A stretch of DNA of 14,861 nucleotides from Gemmatimonadota bacterium (GTDB lineage Bacteria > Gemmatimonadota > Gemmatimonadetes > Gemmatimonadales > GWC2-71-9), in assembly GCA_039588295.1 (NCBI GenBank), contig JBDHAB010000062.1, positions 1 through 14,861 of the forward strand. The letters run 5' to 3'. The notes beneath the pieces are model-generated. The model did not search any database, had not been told where the DNA came from, and worked only from the letters and a program-made list of their open reading frames with translations. How positions within the stretch are numbered: the stretch's first letter is position 1; each line of letters opens with the position of its first letter. This document shows, in pieces, positions 1 through 7,345 of this stretch. The position numbers and the translations under genes are program-made.

Positions 1-361
1 CATCAAAGTCTTGCTCGTTGTGCCACGCGTACGCGATCTGCTCTCCGTTGGGGGAGAACGCCGCAGACATGACGAGTTCAGGGTACCCGACATCAGTGAG
101 GTTGAGAGACTCCCCGCGTTCGAGATACCCGAGCGCCAGATTGCCACGGCTTCCGTGCCCAACGAGCAGTCGACCGTCTGGTGATACGGCCATCGGGATC
201 GGAACCTCCGCTACCATTGTTGCGGAGGGCTCGGCCTGCTGAGACCAGTCTGATGCTGTGGTGAACTCTGTGAGAAGCAAGGTCACAACCACGGCGACTG
301 CTGGTATCATCGCGTGGCGGTGAGTACGGCCCCGCCTAATACGATGCGGTGCTGCGATCAT
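1..361 (-). CDS. 5' part of an exported TolB/PD40-type beta-propeller protein (runs off the left edge; absent from the ORF track)
   Basis: Manual translation from ATG at 361: MIAAPHRIRRGRTHRHAMIPAVAVVVTLLL...MAVSPDGRLLVG...LVMSAAFSPNGEQIAYAWHNEQDFD, open to the edge. SPDG/FSPNGxxIAY are propeller-blade motifs; hydrophobic N-terminal segment; GGGAG upstream. Confidence 0.75.
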   Translation of the reverse strand, partial: MIAAPHRIRRGRTHRHAMIPAVAVVVTLLLTEFTTASDWSQQAEPSATMVAEVPIPMAVSPDGRLLVGHGSRGNLALGYLERGESLNLTDVGYPELVMSAAFSPNGEQIAYAWHNEQDFD

Positions 362-470
362 AGGGAGGGACTCCCAAGAGGCAGACTGACCCACGATACG
401 GCGATCGACTAAGCATGGCTAGGTGAGAGCGGGGGCCCCCTCAGTGGTGTCGAGTACGGTAGCGCCGGAT

Positions 471-600
471 CCTGCAAACCATCTGCAAACCAACAGGAAG
501 GGACAGGACGGGACTAGACGGGACAGCACGGGACGAAGGAGTTGCTAAGTCGGTACAGGAAGGGACTAAACGGGACTGGACGGGACCAGACGGGACGAAG
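471..600 (+). repeat. Integrative-element end (family A): tandem CTGCAAACCA arm-type repeats followed by 10-bp-period GGGAC repeats
   Basis: ctgcaaaccat-ctgcaaaccaa (11-bp period), then GGGAC about every 10 bp in two runs either side of gctaagtcggtacag; lies directly before the tRNA-Trp fragment; 471-570 recurs at 6320-6419. Confidence 0.8.
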
Positions 601-608
601 ACCACCGA

Positions 609-654
609 ACTCCAAAACCGGGGGTTGCAGGTTCGAGTCCTGCCGGGCCTGCTA
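609..654 (+). tRNA. 3' half of tRNA-Trp(CCA), a non-functional att-site copy
   Basis: CTCCAAA anticodon loop, ACCGG, GGGTT, GCAGG-TTCGAGT-CCTGC T-arm, CGGGCCT-G-CTA. The 5' acceptor strand and D-arm are replaced by GGGAC repeats. Confidence 0.85.
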
Positions 655-679
655 AGCCCCGCCAGTCGGCGGGGCTTTT
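654..679 (+). terminator. Intrinsic terminator after the tRNA fragment
   Basis: aagccccgcc-agtc-ggcggggctt followed by tt. Confidence 0.8.
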
Positions 680-691
680 GCATGCCCGACA

Positions 692-749
692 GACTCGCTC
701 TAACCGTCGGCTCGTCCGCTGGCGCGCACTCGCCGCCGCTTGACGAGTC
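692..749. repeat. Imperfect REP-like palindrome running into the second att copy
   Basis: gactcg...cggc...gccg...cgagtc; internal cgtccgctggcgcg (713-726) matches 3732-3745 at 13/14. Confidence 0.5.
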
Positions 750-766
750 GAGTCCTGCCGGGCCTG
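748..766 (+). repeat. Second copy of the tRNA-Trp 3' end (att core, left boundary of the mini-island)
   Basis: tcgagtcctgccgggcctg is identical to 633-651 (19/19). Confidence 0.85.
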
Positions 767-797
767 TTGGTAAAAGCTAATCAACACTTCCACTTAC

Positions 798-820
798 AGC
801 CCCGCTTTGCGGGGCTTCTT
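798..820. terminator. Terminator-like hairpin inside the left island end
   Basis: agccccgc-ttt-gcggggct followed by tctt. Confidence 0.55.
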
Positions 821-825
821 CGTGT

Positions 826-846
826 GGCAGGCGTTTGGCAGGTGTT
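826..846 (+). repeat. Putative integrase arm-type site pair (left end of island B)
   Basis: ggcaggcgttt-ggcaggtgtt, 11-bp period; repeated at 3574-3594. Confidence 0.7.
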
Positions 847-1190
847 CGACCGCCGAAAAGTCGAGTTATCGCTGCCGCTGCTCGTGCCTTCTGACGCTCG
901 TTTGTCTGGAGGTAGCTCCTCAGTAACACCTCCGGCCGATCCCCGATCCAGGCGCTGGCAGCGTCCAGCCCGACCTCTCCGATCAACTCGGTCGTGAGTG
1001 CCCTGCGGAAAGCATGCCCCGGGGCGACCTAGCGGTTTTGGGCGCACCGGTACACGCGTGTCGTCCGGAGTCGCATCAAGATGCTGGTCACGTTCGCCCT
1101 CAGGTATTGCGCGCACGCAACAGTTGTGTGCGCTCCGCCGTCGGCGCTTCCCTGTGGGCCGGCGGCCCGAATGTTGTTGAGCACCAGGCT

Positions 1191-2336
1191 ATGAACTGGA
1201 AGCGCGAGGATCGGTTGGCCGAGTCCACTTTGCAGTATCACGTCGAGGTCAGCACGGATGGAGTTGACGCGAGCGAGCGCTGTTTCAGTCAGCTCGCGGC
1301 CGAGGGATTCCATCTTCCGATGCAACACCGCGCCCCCTGGCTGCAGGCGTTTGGGAGCGACCCGAACTGGTTTGTGCTCGCCCGGAGCGCCGATCGGTGT
1401 CGTTACGGGTTCGCGGTCGAGTGCTTTCGCTTCCGTGCCCTTCCCGGTCACCGCCTTCTCCGGGTCAAGCGGCTCGGCCCGGCTAGCGACCAGCAGGCGA
1501 TGGTAGAGGCGCTTCGCGCGGCGTGTGCCCTGGCCCGCCGCGAACCGTGGGTTCTGCGGCTCAACGTCGAGGTGTTCGGCGCCGATGCGACGGCACGCGA
1601 GCGCCTGGTGCGGACGCTGGTCGAGCTCGGCTTCACTCGAGCACGCCGTCCCTGGTCCTACCACGACACGGTAACCCTCGATCTCTCGAAAACCGAGGAG
1701 GAGATTCTTGCCTCGTTCCACCCGACCGCGCGCCGCCACATTCGTGCGGTGGCGAAGCGGCCTGTTGAAGTGGGCTTAGTGACCGAGCAGCGGTACGCTG
1801 ACCGAATGGAGGCGTTACTTCGGGAGTCGCTCGACCGAACGGCGGGAGAATACCTCGACGGAGACTACAGCGGCTGGATCGAGCTCGGGCGAACGCATCC
1901 AGACCTGGTCCGGGTAGTGGGCATGTTCAGTACGGAAGGGACCGATCCCGAGCGACTGTGGGCGTTCGCGATCGGCTACCACCACGGTAATCACGTCGAG
2001 TATGGCGTCGCCGCCTCGACCCGCGACACCGGTGCGGTGCGCCTGCCCATGGGGTATGCGCTCGCCTGGGACCTGACGCGCTGGGCGAAGGCGACGGGGG
2101 CTCAGTGGTTCGACTTCGGTGGCATCACCGAGGGCTCACATGGCGAGGACGATCCCCTCGGTGGAATCTCGGATTTCAAGCGCTACTTCAGCAAGAACAA
2201 GATCACGGTGGGAGACGAATGGGTGTACGAGCCTCGCCCGGTGCGTGCCGCCTTGGCTCGGGCGATCGGGGGTGGTGGGCGCCGGATCCTCCGTTGGACG
2301 CGGCTTCGAAGACTGAGCGAGGATGAGCGCGCGTGA
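1191..2336 (+). CDS. FemAB/FemX-like GNAT-fold (aminoacyl/acyl) transferase
   Basis: LDLSKTEEEILASFHPTARRHIR, LAWDLTRWAK..GAQWFDFGGI and GISDFKRYF are FemABX/Acetyltransf_6-type motifs. Start uncertain (ATG 1191 or TTG 1215); the ORF-track start at 1014 overlaps the integrase remnant. Confidence 0.85.
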   Translation: MNWKREDRLAESTLQYHVEVSTDGVDASERCFSQLAAEGFHLPMQHRAPWLQAFGSDPNWFVLARSADRCRYGFAVECFRFRALPGHRLLRVKRLGPASDQQAMVEALRAACALARREPWVLRLNVEVFGADATARERLVRTLVELGFTRARRPWSYHDTVTLDLSKTEEEILASFHPTARRHIRAVAKRPVEVGLVTEQRYADRMEALLRESLDRTAGEYLDGDYSGWIELGRTHPDLVRVVGMFSTEGTDPERLWAFAIGYHHGNHVEYGVAASTRDTGAVRLPMGYALAWDLTRWAKATGAQWFDFGGITEGSHGEDDPLGGISDFKRYFSKNKITVGDEWVYEPRPVRAALARAIGGGGRRILRWTRLRRLSEDERA

Positions 2337-2476
2337 TCACGCTATAGAGCCCTCGGTTGCGTTTGGCCAATAATTTGGGATGGACCATGAGGGTTCAAAG
2401 AGCCGGGGTCGACGGGCGAGTGAGCGGCTGAACGGACGAGGTATGACCCCGAACAAGTGCCGATTACAGTTCACAC

Positions 2477-2794
2477 ATGCAGACCATCACAAATCACACC
2501 CTGCGCGGAGCGTTCGGACGGGTACGGGCACACTCGGCCTTCGTGCGTGCCGTGCCGATCACTGCAGTCACGCTCGGCGGCATCTTCACGCTGCTCGATG
2601 CGCCGTGCCCGAGCGCCTGCATCGGACCATACGCAGCGCAGCGGGTATCTGTGGAGCACCCTGAGCCGGAGCCCACCGTGCGCCTGAACGACCCGCCGCG
2701 ATGCCTGGTCTCGGAGTTAAGCACGTCGACGGCCGTGTCCGCCACGGCCCGGAGTATCGGGCGGGCTTCTGTGCAGGTCACCGTCCGCAGCTAA
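2477..2794 (+). CDS. Hypothetical protein, 105 aa, one hydrophobic segment
   Basis: Fills the gap between co-oriented genes; no clear RBS or recognisable motif. Confidence 0.35.
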   Translation: MQTITNHTLRGAFGRVRAHSAFVRAVPITAVTLGGIFTLLDAPCPSACIGPYAAQRVSVEHPEPEPTVRLNDPPRCLVSELSTSTAVSATARSIGRASVQVTVRS

Positions 2795-2828
2795 CGACCT
2801 GCTACGCGAGCAACCTGAGGCGGAACCA

Positions 2829-3566
2829 TTGCCTGATGCAACGGGCGAGCACGCCGAGGCCCGCTGCGGGGGCTGCGGGCTCCCGCTGAGCGCCGATTCG
2901 ATTGGGCCCTGCCCTCAGTGTGGGAGCCACGATCTACAAGTCTCAGATTCTCAGAGCATCGCCCTTCGCGCAGCGCAATCAGTCGAGGCGGTGGTTCCGG
3001 TGGCCCGCTTGTATTACGGAATCGCGATTCGGGGCCTGGCCGAGGCCCACGAAGCTGCGACTGAGTGGGATCGCCGTGCTGCGTCGGCAACTTCCATTTT
3101 GTCTGCAACGGCCTGCGTCGAGTGTTATCCGTCGGAGCTTCTTCTCTTGGGTCCAAAGAGGGCACACTACCAGGCCGCCGTGGACTTCGCCAAAGTCCAA
3201 ACAGTAGTCGATGCGAAGGGTATTGAGGATCGGTACGCGAAAGCATAGCCAGTTGACGTGAAGACCGACGGCTGGTATATGCGCCTTCGGTGCCTCAGGG
3301 AGCTGAGGAACACTCTCGTACACTTTCGAGCGCAATTTCGGTCTCTCGATGAGTGGCCCCAACCACTTGCAGATGCTGACCGTCGCCAGGTGATCTCTGG
3401 CTGGATAGAGGGAGAACACGATTGGACCTCGCAGCTATTGGTCGCTGGCGTCGCAGAGTGGGCGTGTCAGACCGCTCGGCTGGCGATAACGAGGTTCCAT
3501 AGTGCGGTCGGTGGCCCTGATCCTTGGTCCAGCTCGTTATCAGCCGAAGCTACGTGGCCGACGTAG
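2829..3566 (+). pseudogene. Zn-ribbon + HEPN-domain protein interrupted by one in-frame TAG (3246-3248)
   Basis: ORFs 2829..3248 and 3258..3566 share one frame. CGGC...CPQC Zn ribbon, helix SILSATACVE, RNTLVH (Rx4H) at 3306-3323; GAGG upstream of the TTG start. Confidence 0.7.
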
Positions 3567-3573
3567 TGAAGCC

Positions 3574-3594
3574 GGCAGGCGTTCGGCAGGTGTT
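3574..3594 (+). repeat. Putative integrase arm-type site pair (right end of island B)
   Basis: ggcaggcgttc-ggcaggtgtt, 20/21 identical to 826-846. Confidence 0.7.
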
Positions 3595-3686
3595 ACGGCG
3601 TTGGAATCAGCGGTTATCCCGGCGGTCACGGCCGCGATGTCGCTGTATTCGTTGGGTTTCCGCCCCTTTCGGGTCCCTGGGCGGTT

Positions 3687-3765
3687 CGGGGGTTGCAGGT
3701 TGACGCCCCCATTACCCAACCCATCCACTCGCGTCCGCTGGTGCGACGAGTCCTGCCGGGCCTGT
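3687..3765 (+). repeat. Third tRNA-Trp 3'-end copy, split in the T-loop by a 45-bp insert
   Basis: 3687-3701 cgggggttgcaggtt = 619-633; 3747-3764 cgagtcctgccgggcctg = 634-651; insert at 3702-3746. Confidence 0.85.
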
Positions 3766-3766
3766 G

Positions 3767-3792
3767 GGTGCAAACCGATGACGGATTGCACC
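3767..3792. other. Hairpin just downstream of the third att copy (possible terminator)
   Basis: ggtgcaa-a-ccg-atga-cgg-a-ttgcacc. Confidence 0.45.
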
Positions 3793-3916
3793 TTAGTGCC
3801 CTCGAGTGTTTTGACTTGTTCTTGCCCATCGCCCGCCCCAGGCCTAATCGAACAGGCAGAACGCGAAAGGTATGAGGGAGCGTTGAACCGGACTTTTTCC
3901 GCGGTCCGAGCTGCTC

Positions 3917-6166
3917 TCACGCATCGAACGCATCATGCATCTGCCGGGCTTTGTCGATGAGCTGTTGGAAGCTCGGGTTACCGAGCAAAGGCTTGAGGAA
4001 GGGATTGTGCTCTTCGAGATACCGGGTGTTGCAGAACCCCCAGTTGATCGCGTGGCCGAGCCACTCGAGGGCGCCGTTCTCGTCGCCGACCATGACGAGA
4101 CAATTGGCGATGAAGATCGGAAACGACTCGTCGGTCTTGGCGGTCTCCACCATCACGTGCTTCTCGGACAGGTGCGCCGCGACGGCTTCGCGGTCACCGT
4201 CCGCGGCCTGGCAGTACAGTTCGCTCAGGTCCGCGACGGGTGCGGCGTCGGTTGCGGCAACGCGCTGAAAGAGCTCTCTCGCCTCGTCGCGCTGACCCGA
4301 GTGTACCATCGCCTGTGCCAGCATCCACTCGATATGCGGAGTGCATGTGCTTGGGTCGTCGATGAGCTCCTGAAATCGGGACGCGGCGGCGTCGAACCGC
4401 CCATCCAAGAGGTCGATCACCCCCCGGATGGCACGGGTGAACACGTCGAGTGGATCTAGCAGGAGGGCCTCAGCGGCCACTTCCCGCGCCTCATCGAGTC
4501 TCCCAACCTGGGCGAGAACCATGGCAAGCAGCGTGAGGGCATCCGTGTTCCTGTCCGTCTCTCGCGCACGCCTCAGCAGTCGAACGACCTCCAGGTAATC
4601 ACCCTCCTTGTGACGGACATGCGCCTTGGCAAACAGCGCCAACCCGAGGTCAGGCGTCAGCTCGAGCGCCCTCGATGCGTGTTGATCGGCTCGTTCCAGG
4701 GTGTCACGGTCATGGCTGATGCCGAACTCGTACGAGAGACTGTAGCAGCGAGCGAGGGTCGCATGAACCAACGCGTTCTCTCCCGCGATCTCCTGAGCCC
4801 GCCGCACGAAATGGATTGCTCGCTCGATGCCCTCGGGGGTGAGCTTCATCATCTCCTGGCGTGCCCGGAGTAGAGCGTCAAAGGCGCGGAAGTCATCGAA
4901 TCGGTGAGACGCGATGCGGCGGGCGTCGTCCGGCGTCAGGGCGACGCGGAGCTCCTGAGTAATTTGGGCTGACAGCCGCTCCTGAAGGTCGAAGATGTCG
5001 TCGAGCTTCCCCGTGTACCGGTCGGCCCAGAGATGCGAATCGGTCGACGCGTCGATCAACTGTGCGGTGATCTTCACTGTCCCACCCGCGCGGCGCACGC
5101 TTCCCTCCAAGGCGTAGCGAACGTTCAGCTCGCGGGCGATCGTCGGCACACTCTTCTTGGTGTCCTTGAACTGCATCGCCGACGTACGGGAGATAACACG
5201 AAGCTGCCGTATCCCGGAAAGCTCGGTGATCAACTCCTCGGTCAAGCCATCGGCAAAGAACGCATTGTCCGGATCGGGGCTCAAATTCTCGAACGGCAGC
5301 ACCACGATCGACTTGACCTCCGGCACCGCCTCTTTCGCCTCTGCAGACAACGCCTCACCGAACGCCTTCGCCGACTCGAACCGGTCCACCGGCACTTTGC
5401 TGAGCGCCTTGCTGATGGCTGCAGCCACCGGCTGTGGAACATTCGAGCGGACCGTGGTGATGGGGGGTGCCGGATCGGTCACGTGCTTCAGCAACACGGC
5501 GCGAGGAGTCGAGGCAATGAATGGCGGGTCGCCAGCGAGCATCTCGTGCAGCACGCACGCCAGCGAATAGATGTCGCTCCTGCGATCGATTTCTCTATCA
5601 CCCGCAACCTGTTCGGGGCTCATGTAGGCAGGCGTGCCGAGTGAGAGGCCGGTCGCAGTCAGGCGATTGCCGCCCGCCGCCGAGACCGCCAGGGCAATAC
5701 CGAAGTCCGCGACCACCGCTTCATCTCTGTGGAGCAGGATGTTCTCCGGTTTGATATCCCGGTGGATCACACCCTGGTCGTGGGCGTAGTCGAGCGCCGA
5801 GGCGACCTGGCGGGTGAGCGCCACGGCCTCGTCGATCGACAGCTGCCTCTCTCGCTCGATTCTGGCCCGAATCGACCCGCCCTCAACGTGGGGCATGACG
5901 TAGTAAAGGAACCCGTCGGCTTCACCTGAATCGTGGAGCCCCAGGATGTGAGGGTGGTTGAGCTTAGCAGCGAGTCGAACTTCGCGGAGGAACCGCTCGG
6001 GCCCCAGGGTCGCGGTGAGGTCCGGACGCAGGACCTTGATCGCCACCTGGCGGTGGTGCTTGAGGTCCTCGGCGAGATAGACCGTCGCCATGCCACCGCT
6101 GCCGATCTCCCGATCGATGGTGTAGCGGTCAGCGAGGGCCGTGCGAAGGCGGTTGGGAGAATCCAT
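3917..6166 (-). CDS. Hanks-type Ser/Thr protein kinase with TolB-N-like domain and TPR repeats
   Basis: GSGGMATVY, VAIK, HRDIKPEN, DFG and GTPAYMSPE all intact; SIVVLPFENLS...FADGLTEELI domain; helical TPR-like C-terminus; no obvious TM segment. ATG 6166 preferred; in-frame GTG at 6250 is an alternative start. Confidence 0.95.
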   Translation of the reverse strand: MDSPNRLRTALADRYTIDREIGSGGMATVYLAEDLKHHRQVAIKVLRPDLTATLGPERFLREVRLAAKLNHPHILGLHDSGEADGFLYYVMPHVEGGSIRARIERERQLSIDEAVALTRQVASALDYAHDQGVIHRDIKPENILLHRDEAVVADFGIALAVSAAGGNRLTATGLSLGTPAYMSPEQVAGDREIDRRSDIYSLACVLHEMLAGDPPFIASTPRAVLLKHVTDPAPPITTVRSNVPQPVAAAISKALSKVPVDRFESAKAFGEALSAEAKEAVPEVKSIVVLPFENLSPDPDNAFFADGLTEELITELSGIRQLRVISRTSAMQFKDTKKSVPTIARELNVRYALEGSVRRAGGTVKITAQLIDASTDSHLWADRYTGKLDDIFDLQERLSAQITQELRVALTPDDARRIASHRFDDFRAFDALLRARQEMMKLTPEGIERAIHFVRRAQEIAGENALVHATLARCYSLSYEFGISHDRDTLERADQHASRALELTPDLGLALFAKAHVRHKEGDYLEVVRLLRRARETDRNTDALTLLAMVLAQVGRLDEAREVAAEALLLDPLDVFTRAIRGVIDLLDGRFDAAASRFQELIDDPSTCTPHIEWMLAQAMVHSGQRDEARELFQRVAATDAAPVADLSELYCQAADGDREAVAAHLSEKHVMVETAKTDESFPIFIANCLVMVGDENGALEWLGHAINWGFCNTRYLEEHNPFLKPLLGNPSFQQLIDKARQMHDAFDA

Positions 6167-6319
6167 CACGCCTTCTTCACGCATGGTACCCCTCATGCTT
6201 CTGCCGAGCTTGGCGAGGGCCGTCCTGAGGCGCTCCACGGGGTCAGACACGAGCCGATCTCCAGGGCGGAGTCTTCGCTAAGCTAGGGGCGGTCTGGTGG
6301 GGTGGCCAGGGTGGTCGGT

Positions 6320-6419
6320 CCTGCAAACCATCTGCAAACCAACAGGAAGGGACAGAACGGGATCAGACGAGACAGGACGGGACGAACGGTCAGCTAAGTC
6401 GGTACAGGACGGGGCCAAA
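6320..6419 (+). repeat. Second, truncated copy of the family-A element end
   Basis: 87/100 identical to 471-570 by manual ungapped alignment; ends before the tRNA core. Confidence 0.9.
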
Positions 6420-6528
6420 TGCACCTTGCGTCTCACTGCGCTCCGCGGCTCTTGACCGAAGCCGTTCCAGGGCGGCAGTATCTGGCACTGGAAGGCGAGT
6501 TTCATCCACGCGTGTCAAGGAGGGAGTC

Positions 6529-7014
6529 ATGCGGTTCACCGCCGCTCTATCGTCGCTCACGCTCGTGATGGTCGTTGGCTGCAGTCCTCAGCCGGAGATC
6601 GATGTCGACGCTGAGCGCAACGCCCTGATGAGTGCGGACCGGGCCTGGTTCGAGGCGTATTCCGCCAGTGATAGCCCGGCGGACGCGTTCGTCGATCAGC
6701 TCGTCGATAACGCATCCTTACTCCCACCCGGTGCTCCCTTGGCACAGGGTAAGGAGGCCGTTCGCACTGTGATCAGCGAGCTCGAAGCGATGCCGGGGTT
6801 CTCTGTCACTTGGGGTCCGGACGCGGCGGAAGTGGGGAGCGGAGGCGATCTGGGCTTCACGATTGGCAGCTACGAGATGAAGATGGAAGGTCCTGAGGGC
6901 CCGATGATGATCGACGGCAAATACATAACCATTTGGAAGAAACAATCGGACGGCACCTGGAGGGTAACCGCCGACATGTTCAACGCTAACGGCCCCCCGA
7001 CCCCTCAAATGTGA
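6529..7014 (+). CDS. NTF2/SnoaL-like (DUF4440-type) lipoprotein
   Basis: AAGGAGGGAG RBS; lipobox VVGC; GDLGFTIGSY...GKYITIWKKQSDGTWRVTADMFN. Confidence 0.9.
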   Translation: MRFTAALSSLTLVMVVGCSPQPEIDVDAERNALMSADRAWFEAYSASDSPADAFVDQLVDNASLLPPGAPLAQGKEAVRTVISELEAMPGFSVTWGPDAAEVGSGGDLGFTIGSYEMKMEGPEGPMMIDGKYITIWKKQSDGTWRVTADMFNANGPPTPQM

Positions 7015-7045
7015 GTCTCTGATCGCCGGGCTCCCGACCGCCGCC

Positions 7046-7150
7046 GAAGAGGAAGGAGTCGGCTTCGCCCGAATCAACTCGCGGGAGAATATTCAGATGT
7101 TGGAGATTGGCGGTGGTCTTGACCTCTTGCACGAACGGCTGGGCTCCTAG
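7046..7150 (-). pseudogene. Internal fragment of a paralogous Ser/Thr kinase gene
   Basis: LGAQPFVQEVKTTANLQHLNILPRVDSGEADSFLF aligns with LGPERFLREVRLAAKLNHPHILGLHDSGEADGFLY of the intact kinase. Confidence 0.8.
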
Positions 7151-7345
7151 GCCCGCCATCTGGGTCGTCTCCCATCTCTTTCCTTCATCCAAGGCTCGAG
7201 CCAGCAGGTCCACCGCTCTGGAATCACGTGCTCAACAACACGGCCAGCGGGCGGGTCCTCGAGCATGTGTTGGACGCCGCACGAACGTGGCGGTCTTGGG
7301 CGGTGGTGAAGCGGTGCGTGGTGGGGCTGGAGGAGTAGTCCAGTG

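Larger units (their letters stand above)
777..1022 (-). pseudogene. C-terminal remnant of a tyrosine recombinase/integrase
   Basis: Extending ORF 777..986 upstream in frame gives PGHAFRRALTTELIGEVGLDAASAWIGDRPEVLLRSYLQ: HxxR box II, WIGD at the usual LGH position, and a Tyr placed like the catalytic one. In-frame TAG at 1029-1031; points toward the att site. Confidence 0.75.
748..3765. mobile_element. Defective ~3 kb tRNA-Trp-integrated mini-island (family B)
   Basis: Bounded by direct repeats of the tRNA 3' end; a 21-bp arm-type repeat near each end (826-846, 3574-3594; 20/21 identical); integrase remnant at the left end. Confidence 0.75.

Noticed and set aside
495..600. GGGAC repeats as a CRISPR array
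   Set aside because: The period is 10 bp, there are no 25-40 bp repeats with unique spacers, and no cas genes.
580..654. Intact tRNA-Trp
   Set aside because: No 5' acceptor strand (AGGCCCG-like) or D-arm, and the anticodon stem is mismatched (ccgaa vs accgg).
441..683. ORFs 441..683 and 6278..6505 (-) sharing PSCTDLA...PVLSLPVGLQMVCR
   Set aside because: The similarity is simply the duplicated non-coding element end; the first ORF is antisense to the tRNA fragment.
692..749. Integron attC site
   Set aside because: ctctaac is close to RYYYAAC, but there is no matching GTTRRRY and no integron integrase.
1014..1190. N-terminal 59 aa of the 440-aa ORF
   Set aside because: Overlaps the opposite-strand integrase remnant and shows no family-like sequence; a later start is more likely.
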